DNA of 64,000 bases from Candidatus Omnitrophota bacterium (GTDB taxonomy: Bacteria; Hinthialibacterota; Hinthialibacteria; Hinthialibacterales; Hinthialibacteraceae), in the NCBI GenBank assembly GCA_003598175.1, contig QZKN01000097.1:23861-87860 (forward strand). Reading direction: 5' to 3'. Position numbers and translations under genes: made by a program. A model generated the notes under the pieces. That model saw nothing but the letters and a program-made list of their open reading frames with translations, had not been told where the DNA came from and did not search any database. Below, piece by piece: positions 1 to 8,966 of this stretch; position 1 is the first letter of the stretch, and every line of letters begins with the position of its first letter.

Positions 1-373
1 TGTTTCCGCGTTTTCCCGCCGGTGAATTGATCTCCGCCCAGAAATCGCAGCCGGAGATATCCGGCCAGCCGACGCAGAGAGCGCGATGATGAAGATGGTC
101 GGCGGGAGCGTCGTAAGTAACGCAATGCCGGTCGGGCGTCCGGAGCGGATGGATGTAGGATTTATCCAAGGCCGCGCCGGCGTGAAAAATCGCCGTTTCA
201 CGACCGGCATGGAGAATTTTGATTTGCTCTCGTGTTTGCCGAATCCATGGATCGCTCGCGATACTCATCAAAGGAACGGCAAAACAACCGACAATCATGA
301 AAAAAGTACGGATGAAGCGAATGAGGGGGTGAATTAAATTTTTACCTTTTGCGGATGCACAGACAGTTGTCAT
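1..373 (-). CDS. PmoA-family (DUF6807-like) secreted protein, N-terminal part. The gene continues beyond the window start.
   Basis: Minus-strand translation from the ATG at 373 gives MTTVCASAKGKNLIHPLIRFIRTFFMIVGCFAVPLMSIASDPW...HAGRETAIFHAGAALDKSYIHPLRTPD...YDAPADHLHHRALCVGW...DFW. A hydrophobic N-terminus precedes a conserved DHxHHR/GW/DFW pattern typical of this family. The plus-strand ORF 86..337 in the track has no comparable similarity. Confidence 0.5.
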   Translation of the reverse strand, partial: MTTVCASAKGKNLIHPLIRFIRTFFMIVGCFAVPLMSIASDPWIRQTREQIKILHAGRETAIFHAGAALDKSYIHPLRTPDRHCVTYDAPADHLHHRALCVGWPDISGCDFWAEINSPAGKRGN

Positions 374-849
374 CGTTTTCCCTTTTCTTTATTTCAAGAA
401 TATTGTTTGCCTTTTAAAAACCATTCTTTTACCACGTCATTGTTCAATATTGTTATTATATTGCAAAAATAGGAAGATTGATAGACGTCACTACTCTCCC
501 ACATGGCAATAGATCTCCGTGAGCGGCATCCTCATGATTTGAATCGGCAACTCGCTATGTTGTCAATCGGCAACACTTTTTTGAATATAAAAGTGAAATC
601 AAGGTAACTATGATGGTTACTGCATTCCTTTCTTTGTATATTCATTAGCTACAAATCTAACCATCTCCATACCCATTCGTCTCCACCATAAAAGGAAACG
701 ATTGCATACACTGCTATAACGGATTGATTTTACGAATGTTACACAATTTTATCGATTTTTCAATTGTCCAAATTATCGTATAGGGAAATTGGCATGATCT
801 TTTCTATAATATAGGGTGATATTTAATTCTTAATAAAGATGAGTACAGC

Positions 850-1983
850 ATGACGATCTATCTCAACAACGCCGCCAGCGGTTGGCCCCGAGCGGAAGGG
901 GTATGTGAGGCGATGACGCTTACCCTGCAAACGCCGCCCTTTCATCCCGGACGAGTCGCAGGCGGTTGCGCGGACGTGTTGACGATTTGCAGGAGGGGAA
1001 TTGCGGAGTTGGTGGACGCGCCGGATCCCACTCGAATCGTATTGACCACGAACGCCACCCACGCCCTGAATCTGGCGTTTTGGGGTGTAAAGCTGAATGA
1101 CCATGCGCATGTAATCACAACAGTTACAGAACATAATTCCGTTCTCCGTCCCCTTCATCACGTGCGGGAACGCTTTCCCGGCCTGCGATTGACGATTCTC
1201 CCCACGAATGCAACCGGCGCTTTGGACGAAGAACAATTCGATCAGGCGCTGGAGAGAGAACCCACCCTCGTCGTGATCAACCACGCGTCCAACGTCACCG
1301 GCAGAGTGAACGAAGTCGAGCAATTATTCCAGAAAGCCAAAAAAGCCGGGGCGATGACGTTGTTGGATGCCTCCCAGTCGTTGGGTTCCATTCCGATTTC
1401 CGTCAAAAAAATCCAGGCCGATCTGATCGCTTTTACCGGGCACAAAGGATTGCACGGTCCGGCGGGAACCGGCGCGTTGTACGTGAATCCATCGTTGGAG
1501 TTGGAACAGGTTTTTGTGGGAGGAACCGGCGTGCGCAGCGATTTGATGCTGCATCCGGCCAATATGCCCATGCGTCTGGAAGCGGGAACGCCGAACATGC
1601 CGAGTTTTGCCGGATTGGCGGCGGCGTTGCGATGGTATCAAAAAGAAGGCGCAGCTCACGCCCAAAAAGCAACCGAATTGGCGAATCGGTTCCGTGAAGC
1701 ATTGATGAACATTCCCAAAGTGAAGGTATTCGACGGGACGGCCAAGGTTTGTCGCACGCCGGTGATCTCGATTCAAATCGCGGGATGGGCGGTGGAGGAA
1801 ATCGGGTACGTGTTGGCGGAGAGTTTCGGAATCATATGCCGCACCGGATTGCATTGTGCGCCCTTGATTCATCAGGCTATCGGGAGCGCGCCGGAAGGGA
1901 CGGTGCGATTCAGTTTTTCCGGATTCAACACGGAACTGGAGATGGAAACCGCTCTTGACGCGGTGCGGAGATTGGCGGCATGA
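850..1983 (+). CDS. Class V aminotransferase, in the cysteine desulfurase / selenocysteine lyase-like PLP-dependent family
   Basis: 377 aa. It carries the PLP-lysine region FTGHKGLHGPAGTGALYV and a C-terminal RTGLHCAP motif typical of the SufS/CsdA-like fold. Confidence 0.75.
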   Translation: MTIYLNNAASGWPRAEGVCEAMTLTLQTPPFHPGRVAGGCADVLTICRRGIAELVDAPDPTRIVLTTNATHALNLAFWGVKLNDHAHVITTVTEHNSVLRPLHHVRERFPGLRLTILPTNATGALDEEQFDQALEREPTLVVINHASNVTGRVNEVEQLFQKAKKAGAMTLLDASQSLGSIPISVKKIQADLIAFTGHKGLHGPAGTGALYVNPSLELEQVFVGGTGVRSDLMLHPANMPMRLEAGTPNMPSFAGLAAALRWYQKEGAAHAQKATELANRFREALMNIPKVKVFDGTAKVCRTPVISIQIAGWAVEEIGYVLAESFGIICRTGLHCAPLIHQAIGSAPEGTVRFSFSGFNTELEMETALDAVRRLAA

Positions 1984-2264
1984 AAATCACGGAAATCAAA
2001 AAGATCGAGGATTGCTTCGACGGGAGCACAGTCTATGGGTATACCTTTGACGCGGTTTGGACGCAGGACCGGATCCAGCAATTTCGAACTTTGGGAAATC
2101 TGGATTATTTCCCGGATTTCCCCCGCCCCTTTTTTCGCGTGTGTCAAAAAAACGGCGTACAAATCAAAGGGATTCAAGGCGATAACAATTGTCGCGTGAT
2201 TTACCCCCAAAAACAGAAGGAGGTGAGAAAAAAAGAATTTGAAGAGGCGTTTATGGAATCATGA
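1980..2264 (+). CDS. Small hypothetical protein (94 aa)
   Basis: Its start overlaps the upstream stop in an ATGA arrangement, which suggests translational coupling. No recognisable domain. Confidence 0.35.
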   Translation: MKITEIKKIEDCFDGSTVYGYTFDAVWTQDRIQQFRTLGNLDYFPDFPRPFFRVCQKNGVQIKGIQGDNNCRVIYPQKQKEVRKKEFEEAFMES

Positions 2265-2307
2265 TTTCATTGGTATTGTATTTTTATCAAAACCGGAGGT
2301 AGCGCAG

Positions 2308-3219
2308 ATGGATCATTTGTATTCAAGTACAAGAGTAGTCATACTCACCTGTTTTGTTTTATTCGCCGGAGTGTGTGGAGCCGGGGCTCAGGATTCCCCC
2401 CCTCCTCTCCCCCCCATTGGGATCGAAGGATACGGCGGCGTGTTTTCGACCTATTCCGCCTACCTGGTCAATCCGGCCAGGGAAGGCGCAATATTCGGAT
2501 ACCCCAGCGTCGCGTACACGTATGTGTTTCTCGGGCATGGAAGGCATCTCAACACCTTCGCGATCACGGAAACCTTGTGGGATCGGGTGGAACTGGGATT
2601 TGCCTACAATCTGCTGGATATCGGGGATCTGCCTCAGGCCGTCGGCGTTCCTATCGATGATTCCGTCGATTTGTACAATTTCAACGCGCGCCTGGCTTTG
2701 CTGAAGGAAGGCGATTTCGAGATGCCTTGGCTGCCCGCGTTGACATTCGGCGTTCACTACAAATACAACGACACGATCAATGATATCGATCGGGATTTAG
2801 GCGGCGCCTTGCGCAATATCGGCATCGCCGACAATGACGGCGTCGATTTCACCCTCTACGCCACGAAATTGTTTACGCAATTGCCGCGACCGGTTCTGGT
2901 GGATTTCGGTCTTCGCGCCACCGAAGCCGCCCACCTCGGCTTGCTGGGATTCACGAAGGGGTACGAAATCATGGCGGAAGGCAATGTGATGGTTTTCGTG
3001 ACGGACAAATGGCTCGTCGGCGCGGAATATCGCATGAAACCGAACGAATATCGACGGATCCCAGGTCTGGTGGAAGGAGAAAATGATTGGTGGACGATCT
3101 GCATGGGGTATTGCGTCAACGATCATATGTCTGTTTCCGCCGGATACGGACATTTCGGCGACGTTCTTAATCACGAAGCCAACGGCAGTTGGGGCATTCG
3201 CATCAAGTGGGAATTTTGA
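2308..3219 (+). CDS. Putative outer-membrane beta-barrel protein with a signal peptide
   Basis: A GGAGGT RBS lies 8 nt before the ATG at 2308. The N-terminus MDHLYSSTRVVILTCFVLFAGVCGAGAQD looks like a signal peptide, a Pro-rich linker follows, and the C-terminus ends ...WGIRIKWEF with a terminal aromatic residue typical of OM beta-barrels. The longer start at 2239 in the track was rejected. Confidence 0.45.
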   Translation: MDHLYSSTRVVILTCFVLFAGVCGAGAQDSPPPLPPIGIEGYGGVFSTYSAYLVNPAREGAIFGYPSVAYTYVFLGHGRHLNTFAITETLWDRVELGFAYNLLDIGDLPQAVGVPIDDSVDLYNFNARLALLKEGDFEMPWLPALTFGVHYKYNDTINDIDRDLGGALRNIGIADNDGVDFTLYATKLFTQLPRPVLVDFGLRATEAAHLGLLGFTKGYEIMAEGNVMVFVTDKWLVGAEYRMKPNEYRRIPGLVEGENDWWTICMGYCVNDHMSVSAGYGHFGDVLNHEANGSWGIRIKWEF

Positions 3220-3260
3220 CAAGCACAGGAAACTACCAAATCGTTTGGAGGTACATTCTT

Positions 3261-3452
3261 ATGGCAGAAAAACTAAAAAAACTGTATGAATTCGCGGAGC
3301 AGGCGGGCGGCATCGAAGCCAAAATGCGCCTGGCCGTGATGTCGGGCATTTCGTCGGTCAAAGCGGCGACGGAGCCGGATTCACCGGAAAACATCGCCAA
3401 ACTCAAAAAAGCAATCAAAGAAGTAACCGGAAAAGATGCGCCCATAAGTTGA
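3261..3452 (+). CDS. Small helical protein (63 aa), first gene of the V4R/MCP operon
   Basis: GGAGGT RBS. Sequence MAEKLKKLYEFAEQAGGIEAKMRLAVMSGISSVKAATEPDSPENIAKLKKAIKEVTGKDAPIS is predicted all-helical. The next gene follows tightly. Confidence 0.45.
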   Translation: MAEKLKKLYEFAEQAGGIEAKMRLAVMSGISSVKAATEPDSPENIAKLKKAIKEVTGKDAPIS

Positions 3453-3472
3453 TTCAAAAAAGGAGAAATTTC

Positions 3473-4009
3473 ATGGCTCAATTTAAAACCACAGAGATCG
3501 TTCTCGATCACAAATTCGATCCGAAAACCTGCCGTCATTCGCTCAACGACATGGTCCACGTGCTTCATTGCCATCATTACGCCACATTGTATTCCCGTCT
3601 GGCCGATGATTGTGGCATGTTGGACGGCAAGAAACTCCTGGCGGAAGTGTCGGAAGATACGTTTTCTGCATTTTTGATACGTTATTATGAGAGAAATACC
3701 GTCCAAACAATTGCGGAAAAAATCGCCATTGCCGAGCAATACTACGCGGCAACCGGTTTGGGGCAGATGCAGGTAACCTGCGCGGGGATGGAATCAGGAG
3801 AAGTGAATTTGATCCATTCCCATGTCGATGAAGGGTGGATCAAAAAATGGGGCAAACGTGATCAACCCGTCAATTTTATCACGGCCGGCTATATCGCGGG
3901 AATGTTTAACGCCCTCTTCGGATGCGCTCCACGCACTTATCACGTTGTGGAAAGCGAATGTATCGTGAGCGGCGCGGAGCGGTCGAAGTTCGAAGTGGTG
4001 AGGAAATAA
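3473..4009 (+). CDS. V4R-domain (4-vinyl reductase-like) small-molecule-binding protein
   Basis: RBS AAAGGAG. The C-terminus FITAGYIAGMFNALFGC...VVESECIVSGAERSKFEV matches the V4R G..G....E.xC...G...C.F pattern. There is an N-terminal His/Cys cluster HVLHCHHYATLYSRLADDCG. Confidence 0.65.
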   Translation: MAQFKTTEIVLDHKFDPKTCRHSLNDMVHVLHCHHYATLYSRLADDCGMLDGKKLLAEVSEDTFSAFLIRYYERNTVQTIAEKIAIAEQYYAATGLGQMQVTCAGMESGEVNLIHSHVDEGWIKKWGKRDQPVNFITAGYIAGMFNALFGCAPRTYHVVESECIVSGAERSKFEVVRK

Positions 4010-4026
4010 CCAAGGAGGCATTCATT

Positions 4027-4635
4027 ATGGCAATCGATCGAAAACAAGTCATCAGCAATATGTCTAAAATCAAAGTGGTCGGGAATGAAGAAGGACTGAT
4101 TCCCGCATTCAATGTCTATATTACGCAATTGCCCGCCGCTTTCTGGAACGGTTTCGCCGAGCGTCTGACCCGGCAGGTCGGCGCGGAATTGCTGGAATCC
4201 GCGGAGTGGCTGCTCGTGAATGCGGCGCACGAATGCGGATATCATACCGGCTACGGAATCATTACGTCGGAGGAATGGAAAGCCGTCGTGCAACCGATGG
4301 TGGAAAAGGTCCCGGAAGACATTCTTCATGGCGCTTTTGCCGTGTTCACCGCGTGGGGATGGGCGAAGAGCGAAATTACCGAGCTGATTCCCAATGAAAA
4401 GATGGTGGTCCGCGCTTACGACTATTACGAATCCGACGTTGTCACGTACGGCGCTTCCAACAAAATGAGCGCCTACATGATCCGCGGCGTTTGCGCGGCG
4501 TTCATGGATTTGGCGTACGGCGGAGAATACGATCCGACAGGAAAAACCGGATTGCGCACCTTCCAGTGCCAACAAGTCAAGGGCATCGAATGCGGCGATG
4601 AGTATGGTGAATTTGTCGTGACCCATGCGAACTGA
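4027..4635 (+). CDS. V4R-domain protein, paralogue of the preceding gene
   Basis: An AAGGAGG RBS sits before the ATG at 4027. The C-terminus MIRGVCAAFMDLAYGG...FQCQQVKGIECGDEYGEFVV is V4R-like. The extension to 3922 in the track was rejected. Confidence 0.65.
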   Translation: MAIDRKQVISNMSKIKVVGNEEGLIPAFNVYITQLPAAFWNGFAERLTRQVGAELLESAEWLLVNAAHECGYHTGYGIITSEEWKAVVQPMVEKVPEDILHGAFAVFTAWGWAKSEITELIPNEKMVVRAYDYYESDVVTYGASNKMSAYMIRGVCAAFMDLAYGGEYDPTGKTGLRTFQCQQVKGIECGDEYGEFVVTHAN

Positions 4636-4734
4636 ATAACAAAATCGGAGGGAAGGCCGAAAGGAATGGATTTCGGCCTTCCCTCCGAATACAAGACGTG
4701 CGGGGATAAAAATACGAGAAAAAAGGATCCGATC

Positions 4735-6351
4735 ATGAAATGGGATAATGTGAAACTTCGTAATAAATATGCAATTGCTTTTGGCGTTCAAATCATCCTG
4801 CTCTGTTTTATTGCCGCACTGGCGATCTCGACTGTCAGTCGCATGGCAGTAAACGGAAATCAATTGATACAAAGCCATGATATCGTAAATGAGCTCTCTT
4901 TGAGAGAAATCGAACATTTGGAATGGGCATCTCATGTGCTCGAATTTTTCACCGACGAAAAAGCGTCCTCCGTCGACGTGCAAACCAATCCGGACCAATG
5001 CGTCTTTGGTAAATGGTTGGCCGGTGTGGAGAGAAAACAAGCGGAGCAAACGATTCCGGCGCTTGCCGTTCCTCTTGCCGCCATAGAAAAGGCGCATCGC
5101 GAACTCCACACGTCGGCGGCGGAGATCAATCAATTGGCGCAAAAGGGAGAGAAAACCTCTGCATTGGCGGTTTTTCATGACCGCACAAAACCGGCGTTGC
5201 TCCAAATCCGGGATTTGTTGCGAGCAGCGAGAAACACGGCCGCGCAGGCGTCGGACAAGTCGGAAATGCTTCTGCAGGATCATGCAAGAACCACCAAAAG
5301 CTCTACGTTATACCTGTGCCTGTTGTCGCTCCTGATCGGGATTTCTCTCGCCTATTTTATTTCCAGCGGATTTATTCGAACGATCCATCGCTTGGTCCTT
5401 TTTTCACGGAGTCTCGCCGCCGGAGATCTTTCGCAGTCCATGCCGTGCAATCGTATCGATGAACTGGGGATTCTGGCCAATGCGTTGAACTCGATTCGGG
5501 ACAAATTGCACGACATGATGGATAACATTCAACAGGCCGCCGACCAGATTGCCGCCAGCGCGGAGGAAATGTCTTCCTCGGCCCAAAATCTTGCCGCCGG
5601 CACATCGGAGCAGGCTTCCAGCCTGGAGGAAACTTCCGCCTCCATCCATCAACTGACCGGTTCCATCCAGCAAAACGCCGCTCATGCGCAAAAGACGAGC
5701 GAAGCGACCATGATAGCCGCGTTGGAAGTGGAGGAAGGCGGCGGCTCCGTTCTGGAAATCGTAAAATCGATGAAAAGCATCGCGCAGCAGATTTCCATTA
5801 TCAATGATATTGCCGATCAGACCAACCTGCTTGCTTTAAACGCAGCCATCGAGGCCGCGCGCGCCGGCGAATTGGGAAAAGGATTCGCCGTCGTGGCCGT
5901 GGAAGTGCGCAAATTGGCGGAACGCAGTCAACACGCCGCAAAGGAAATCGGCCAATTGTCGGATAAGAGCGTCAAACAGGCGGAAGCTATCGCAAACTAT
6001 TTAATTGAAAAGGTGGTTCCCGGCGTGCAAAATGCCTCGCAGTTGGTGCAGGAGATCACCTCCACCTGCAACGAACAGTCCAACAGCGCCGAACAAGTGC
6101 AAAGCGCGATCACCCAATTGGATGAAATCACGCAACGCAACTCCGCGACGAGTGAAGAGTCAGCATCGGCCAGCGAAGAATTGGCGGCGCAGGCAAAATC
6201 ACTGCAGGATATCATTCACGGATTTAAGATGAATTCCTCCGGCAACGCGCTGGACGTTCAGGAAGAGCGATCGTGGATGCATGAGAACATGCAGGAGGAT
6301 ATCCCGTTGATGGTTTCGGATTTCACGGAACGTCATTTCCGCAAGCCATGA
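4735..6351 (+). CDS. Methyl-accepting chemotaxis protein with a CZB-like (chemoreceptor zinc-binding) motif in its periplasmic sensor region
   Basis: Domain order is TM1, a roughly 160 aa sensor, TM2, HAMP and the MCP signalling domain ([16 protein letters not shown]...). The sensor contains HLEW, then 28 residues, then CVFGKW, then 32 residues, then HRELH. That is the complete 3His/1Cys CZB signature. Confidence 0.85.
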   Translation: MKWDNVKLRNKYAIAFGVQIILLCFIAALAISTVSRMAVNGNQLIQSHDIVNELSLREIEHLEWASHVLEFFTDEKASSVDVQTNPDQCVFGKWLAGVERKQAEQTIPALAVPLAAIEKAHRELHTSAAEINQLAQKGEKTSALAVFHDRTKPALLQIRDLLRAARNTAAQASDKSEMLLQDHARTTKSSTLYLCLLSLLIGISLAYFISSGFIRTIHRLVLFSRSLAAGDLSQSMPCNRIDELGILANALNSIRDKLHDMMDNIQQAADQIAASAEEMSSSAQNLAAGTSEQASSLEETSASIHQLTGSIQQNAAHAQKTSEATMIAALEVEEGGGSVLEIVKSMKSIAQQISIINDIADQTNLLALNAAIEAARAGELGKGFAVVAVEVRKLAERSQHAAKEIGQLSDKSVKQAEAIANYLIEKVVPGVQNASQLVQEITSTCNEQSNSAEQVQSAITQLDEITQRNSATSEESASASEELAAQAKSLQDIIHGFKMNSSGNALDVQEERSWMHENMQEDIPLMVSDFTERHFRKP

Positions 6352-6560
6352 CGGCGCGTGCGCCGACCGTTGCAACAGGCAATGGAGCGTGAGAATTACA
6401 ATTGGCCTGTCAATAAAATCTCTGCTTTCTTCTCCCGCTCTCCCAGCGGTATCAATCCAATCCGCATGTGCAAGGCGGCAGCGATTTTTTGCAGGAGGGG
6501 AAATGGATTCCCTTCATAATCGGTTTCTTCCGGTTGAACGATGATTTCTTCCGGATTCCA

Positions 6561-6977
6561 TTATGGCACGACTTCCAGCGTCGTACCATCACGAAGGCGA
6601 TAGATGCGAAAATCGTTATCCAATGAGAATATATGATGGAACTTGCGACTTTCAGCAACCACCACAAGTGAAGCGTCGGCCAAGTCCATTGGTGTGTCCT
6701 GGTACTGCGCCATCAACTTGTCCATACGATCGATTTCAGCGTACGTATGATCGTGTAGGATTAACCGCCCGTTTGTTCGAAGTCTCCATAGTTCAGTTTG
6801 ATATTGATATCCACCCACCGATCCCAGCAAATACATCGCTTCCGTGAAGCACGGCCATGTTGTCAACATGGGGCCATATGATAGTTGTTTTACCGCGGTG
6901 ACACAAACAGTATGATAAGCATCATCTTTATCCAAAAGCGCAACTACAGGTCCGGTGTCAGTGAGAATCATACTCAT
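6561..6977 (-). CDS. vapC: PIN-domain toxin (VapC family)
   Basis: 138 aa. The N-terminus MILTDTGPVVALLDKDDAYH is PIN-like. It overlaps the upstream small gene by 4 nt. Confidence 0.75.
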   Translation of the reverse strand: MSMILTDTGPVVALLDKDDAYHTVCVTAVKQLSYGPMLTTWPCFTEAMYLLGSVGGYQYQTELWRLRTNGRLILHDHTYAEIDRMDKLMAQYQDTPMDLADASLVVVAESRKFHHIFSLDNDFRIYRLRDGTTLEVVP

Positions 6978-7282
6978 CCTTGTCGCCGTTTTTGGACCAA
7001 CGCAGCAGTGAATTTTTGACCACAGTTTTCAGAAAGGCGCGCACCGCCATGAATATGGTTGCCACTGGAGAGGACGCCAATATGCCCAACAAGAAAATCG
7101 GCAAGTGTTTTCTGCTCCGTTTCCGAAGGATCATCCCCTTTTTTTGTAACAAACCGATTTTGGAGGCAGTCGAGTGCGAGCATCTCCGGTGTTGTCTTTT
7201 GTCTGTTTGCCTCCTCGCACAATGCACTTTCAATAGCGGGAGTTAGCGTGATTTTCATTGGTATTTCCCTTAGTTTATTCAA
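6974..7282 (-). CDS. Putative ribbon-helix-helix antitoxin partner of VapC (VapB-like)
   Basis: Small ORF overlapping the toxin start (ATGA). The core MKITLTPAIESALCEEANRQKTTPEMLALDCLQNRF has beta-strand then helix character. The exact start is uncertain (7258 or 7282). Confidence 0.5.
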   Translation of the reverse strand: MNKLREIPMKITLTPAIESALCEEANRQKTTPEMLALDCLQNRFVTKKGDDPSETEQKTLADFLVGHIGVLSSGNHIHGGARLSENCGQKFTAALVQKRRQG

Positions 7283-7970
7283 TTTCCTTGATTTTAATAT
7301 TCCGGAAAAAAATCGGCGCGCCGGCGTGTTTTCCCTGCAGACCGATTCGTCCGAACGTTTTCAATTCGGCTTTCGGCTTGCTCAACCAGGACGGGATTTC
7401 GCTGCCGTCGGGATTGGTTTTGGCGCTGGTCCATAATTTCATGTCCATGACGGTGACCGTCTCCCCGTTCAGCATCACGTAAATCATGTTGTCCTTGCAG
7501 GTGATGGTGAAACGGTTCCACTCGCCCGGCTTCTTCACCATGCTTTTCTTTGCGGCCAGATGCCCGAAGATGGCGGCGCATTGCCAGGTTTTCGGTTGGC
7601 TCGACCATTTTTCGGAAAAATCGTCGGCGATTTGAATCTCGACCGAATTGGGAATCCAATTTTTCATGTCGCTGCAGTAGACGATGACGCCGCTATTGGT
7701 TCCGTCGGCGGTTTTGAATTCCAGATCCAATACGAAATTGTCATAATCCTTATTACTCCAAATCGCTTCGTCCTTACTGGCCGTGAGAACGCCGTCTTCG
7801 ACCGTCCATACTCCCTTCGGAAACTCCGCATTGGAGAGATCCGCGTTGAACAACGCCTGCCACTCGCCGCTGTCGGGATGCGCTTTCGGCGGAATTTCCA
7901 TCTCGCCGGCTGATGACAATACGGGCAATACAACTCCAATCACTGCGACCAATACAACTAATTTTTTCAT
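7275..7970 (-). CDS. DUF1080 (3-keto-disaccharide hydrolase-like) secreted protein
   Basis: The start at 7970 gives MKKLVVLVAVIGVVLPVLSSAGE, a signal peptide. The body has GVWTVEDGVLT...RIGLQGKHAGAPIFFRNIKIKEI, which is characteristic of DUF1080. Confidence 0.75.
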   Translation of the reverse strand: MKKLVVLVAVIGVVLPVLSSAGEMEIPPKAHPDSGEWQALFNADLSNAEFPKGVWTVEDGVLTASKDEAIWSNKDYDNFVLDLEFKTADGTNSGVIVYCSDMKNWIPNSVEIQIADDFSEKWSSQPKTWQCAAIFGHLAAKKSMVKKPGEWNRFTITCKDNMIYVMLNGETVTVMDMKLWTSAKTNPDGSEIPSWLSKPKAELKTFGRIGLQGKHAGAPIFFRNIKIKEIE

Positions 7971-8151
7971 GGGTAACTCCTCTCTGTTTTTACGTTCAAT
8001 CACACCAAGCGGATTGAATCGATGGTTTTCATAGAAACCGTCATGATCGGTAGATCACAATGCGGACGGGACGTCCGCGCTCCGGCATTTTCATTTTAAT
8101 AATTATGCTTCGTTCTTTCTGTTTGTGGAAGCCGCTGAAATTCCTTCCCAA

Positions 8152-8215
8152 AAATATTTACACAGTTAAATATTTAGGGTTGACAATATTTACACGATGC
8201 GATATCCTATTCAGG
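8152..8215 (+). promoter_or_regulatory. Putative blaI promoter with palindromic operator sites
   Basis: aaatattta-cacagt-taaatattt is a 9 bp perfect inverted repeat (8152-8175). TTGACA at 8180-8185 is followed by a second copy of atatttacac (8186-8195). Both lie about 80 bp upstream of blaI. Confidence 0.5.
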
Positions 8216-8295
8216 AATGAGGGATCACCGCCGTCTCGGCGGTTCTATCCTGCCGTCGAAAATATGGAAAGACGGTAACCGAAAGAAGGTGAATC

Positions 8296-8700
8296 ATGAA
8301 AAGGAAAAATTACAGCGTTTCCGAAGCGGAAATGGAGATTCTGCGTGTGTTGTGGGAACGTGGGCCGTCCACGGCAAAGCAGGTGCGCGAACACCTGCCC
8401 CGCCGCGACGATCCGGCCTACTCCACCGTGATCACGCTGCTGCAGCGCATGGAAGCCAAGGGCAGCGTCGGCCACGAAAAGAGCGGGCAAGGGAAAGCGT
8501 TCGTCTTTCATACTCTTTTGAAGCCCGAACAGGTACGCAAACAAGCGGTCCGTTCGTTAGTAAAGAGATACTTTGAAAACGATCCGATTCCGGTTTTTGC
8601 CGCGCTGGTGGAATCGAAAAAATTAAGCGGCGACGAAATCCGACAGTTGCAGGACATGCTGGACGATATCACCCGCCAACAATCGGAAAAACCAAACTGA
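8296..8700 (+). CDS. BlaI/MecI/CopY-family winged-helix transcriptional repressor
   Basis: 134 aa. MKRKNYSVSEAEMEILRVLWERGPSTAKQVREHLP...YSTVITLLQRMEAKG is canonical for the family. Confidence 0.8.
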   Translation: MKRKNYSVSEAEMEILRVLWERGPSTAKQVREHLPRRDDPAYSTVITLLQRMEAKGSVGHEKSGQGKAFVFHTLLKPEQVRKQAVRSLVKRYFENDPIPVFAALVESKKLSGDEIRQLQDMLDDITRQQSEKPN

Positions 8701-8708
8701 CGTTACAG

Positions 8709-8966
8709 ATGCTAAATCCGACGGTTCGGGAACTGCTGGATACGGTTCTCCCGGTTCATGGACTGGATTATCAAGTCAAAAACGGAACGATCGTGATTGC
8801 CAAACGGACGGAAGAAACCTTCAAATTATATACTGTCCAGCGTGGGGATACCCTGGCGGCGATTGCACAAAAGTATTCCGTTTCCGTGGATGACCTGAAA
8901 ATCCACAATCCGGAGTTGACCGATCCGAGTGGTTTATCCGTTGGGCAAAAATTGAGGATCCCTTAA
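8709..8966 (+). CDS. Small STN-like plus LysM domain protein, possibly a remnant of a BlaR1-like sensor
   Basis: LLDTVLPVHGLDYQVKNGTIVIAKR matches the end of a secretin/TonB N-terminal (STN) domain. YTVQRGDTLAAIAQKYSVSVDDLKIHNPEL...GQKLRIP is a LysM motif. Confidence 0.5.
   Translation: MLNPTVRELLDTVLPVHGLDYQVKNGTIVIAKRTEETFKLYTVQRGDTLAAIAQKYSVSVDDLKIHNPELTDPSGLSVGQKLRIP

Noticed and set aside
86-337. 83 aa plus-strand ORF at the window start
   Set aside because: The opposite strand encodes a PmoA-family (DUF6807-like) protein with a signal peptide and conserved motifs running off the window. The plus-strand product has no similarity.
4666-4734. Upstream extension of the MCP ORF (start at 4666), and likewise 50078 for the permease, 2239 for the OM protein and 24890 for the cargo gene
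   Set aside because: The extended N-termini lack an RBS and add non-hydrophobic, low-complexity sequence. Internal ATGs with a good RBS yield canonical N-termini in each case.
3940-5283. 447 aa minus-strand ORF spanning the second V4R gene and the MCP N-terminus
   Set aside because: It is antisense to two plus-strand genes that have RBSs and recognisable domains. Its product has no motif and an Arg-rich composition typical of GC-rich antisense frames.
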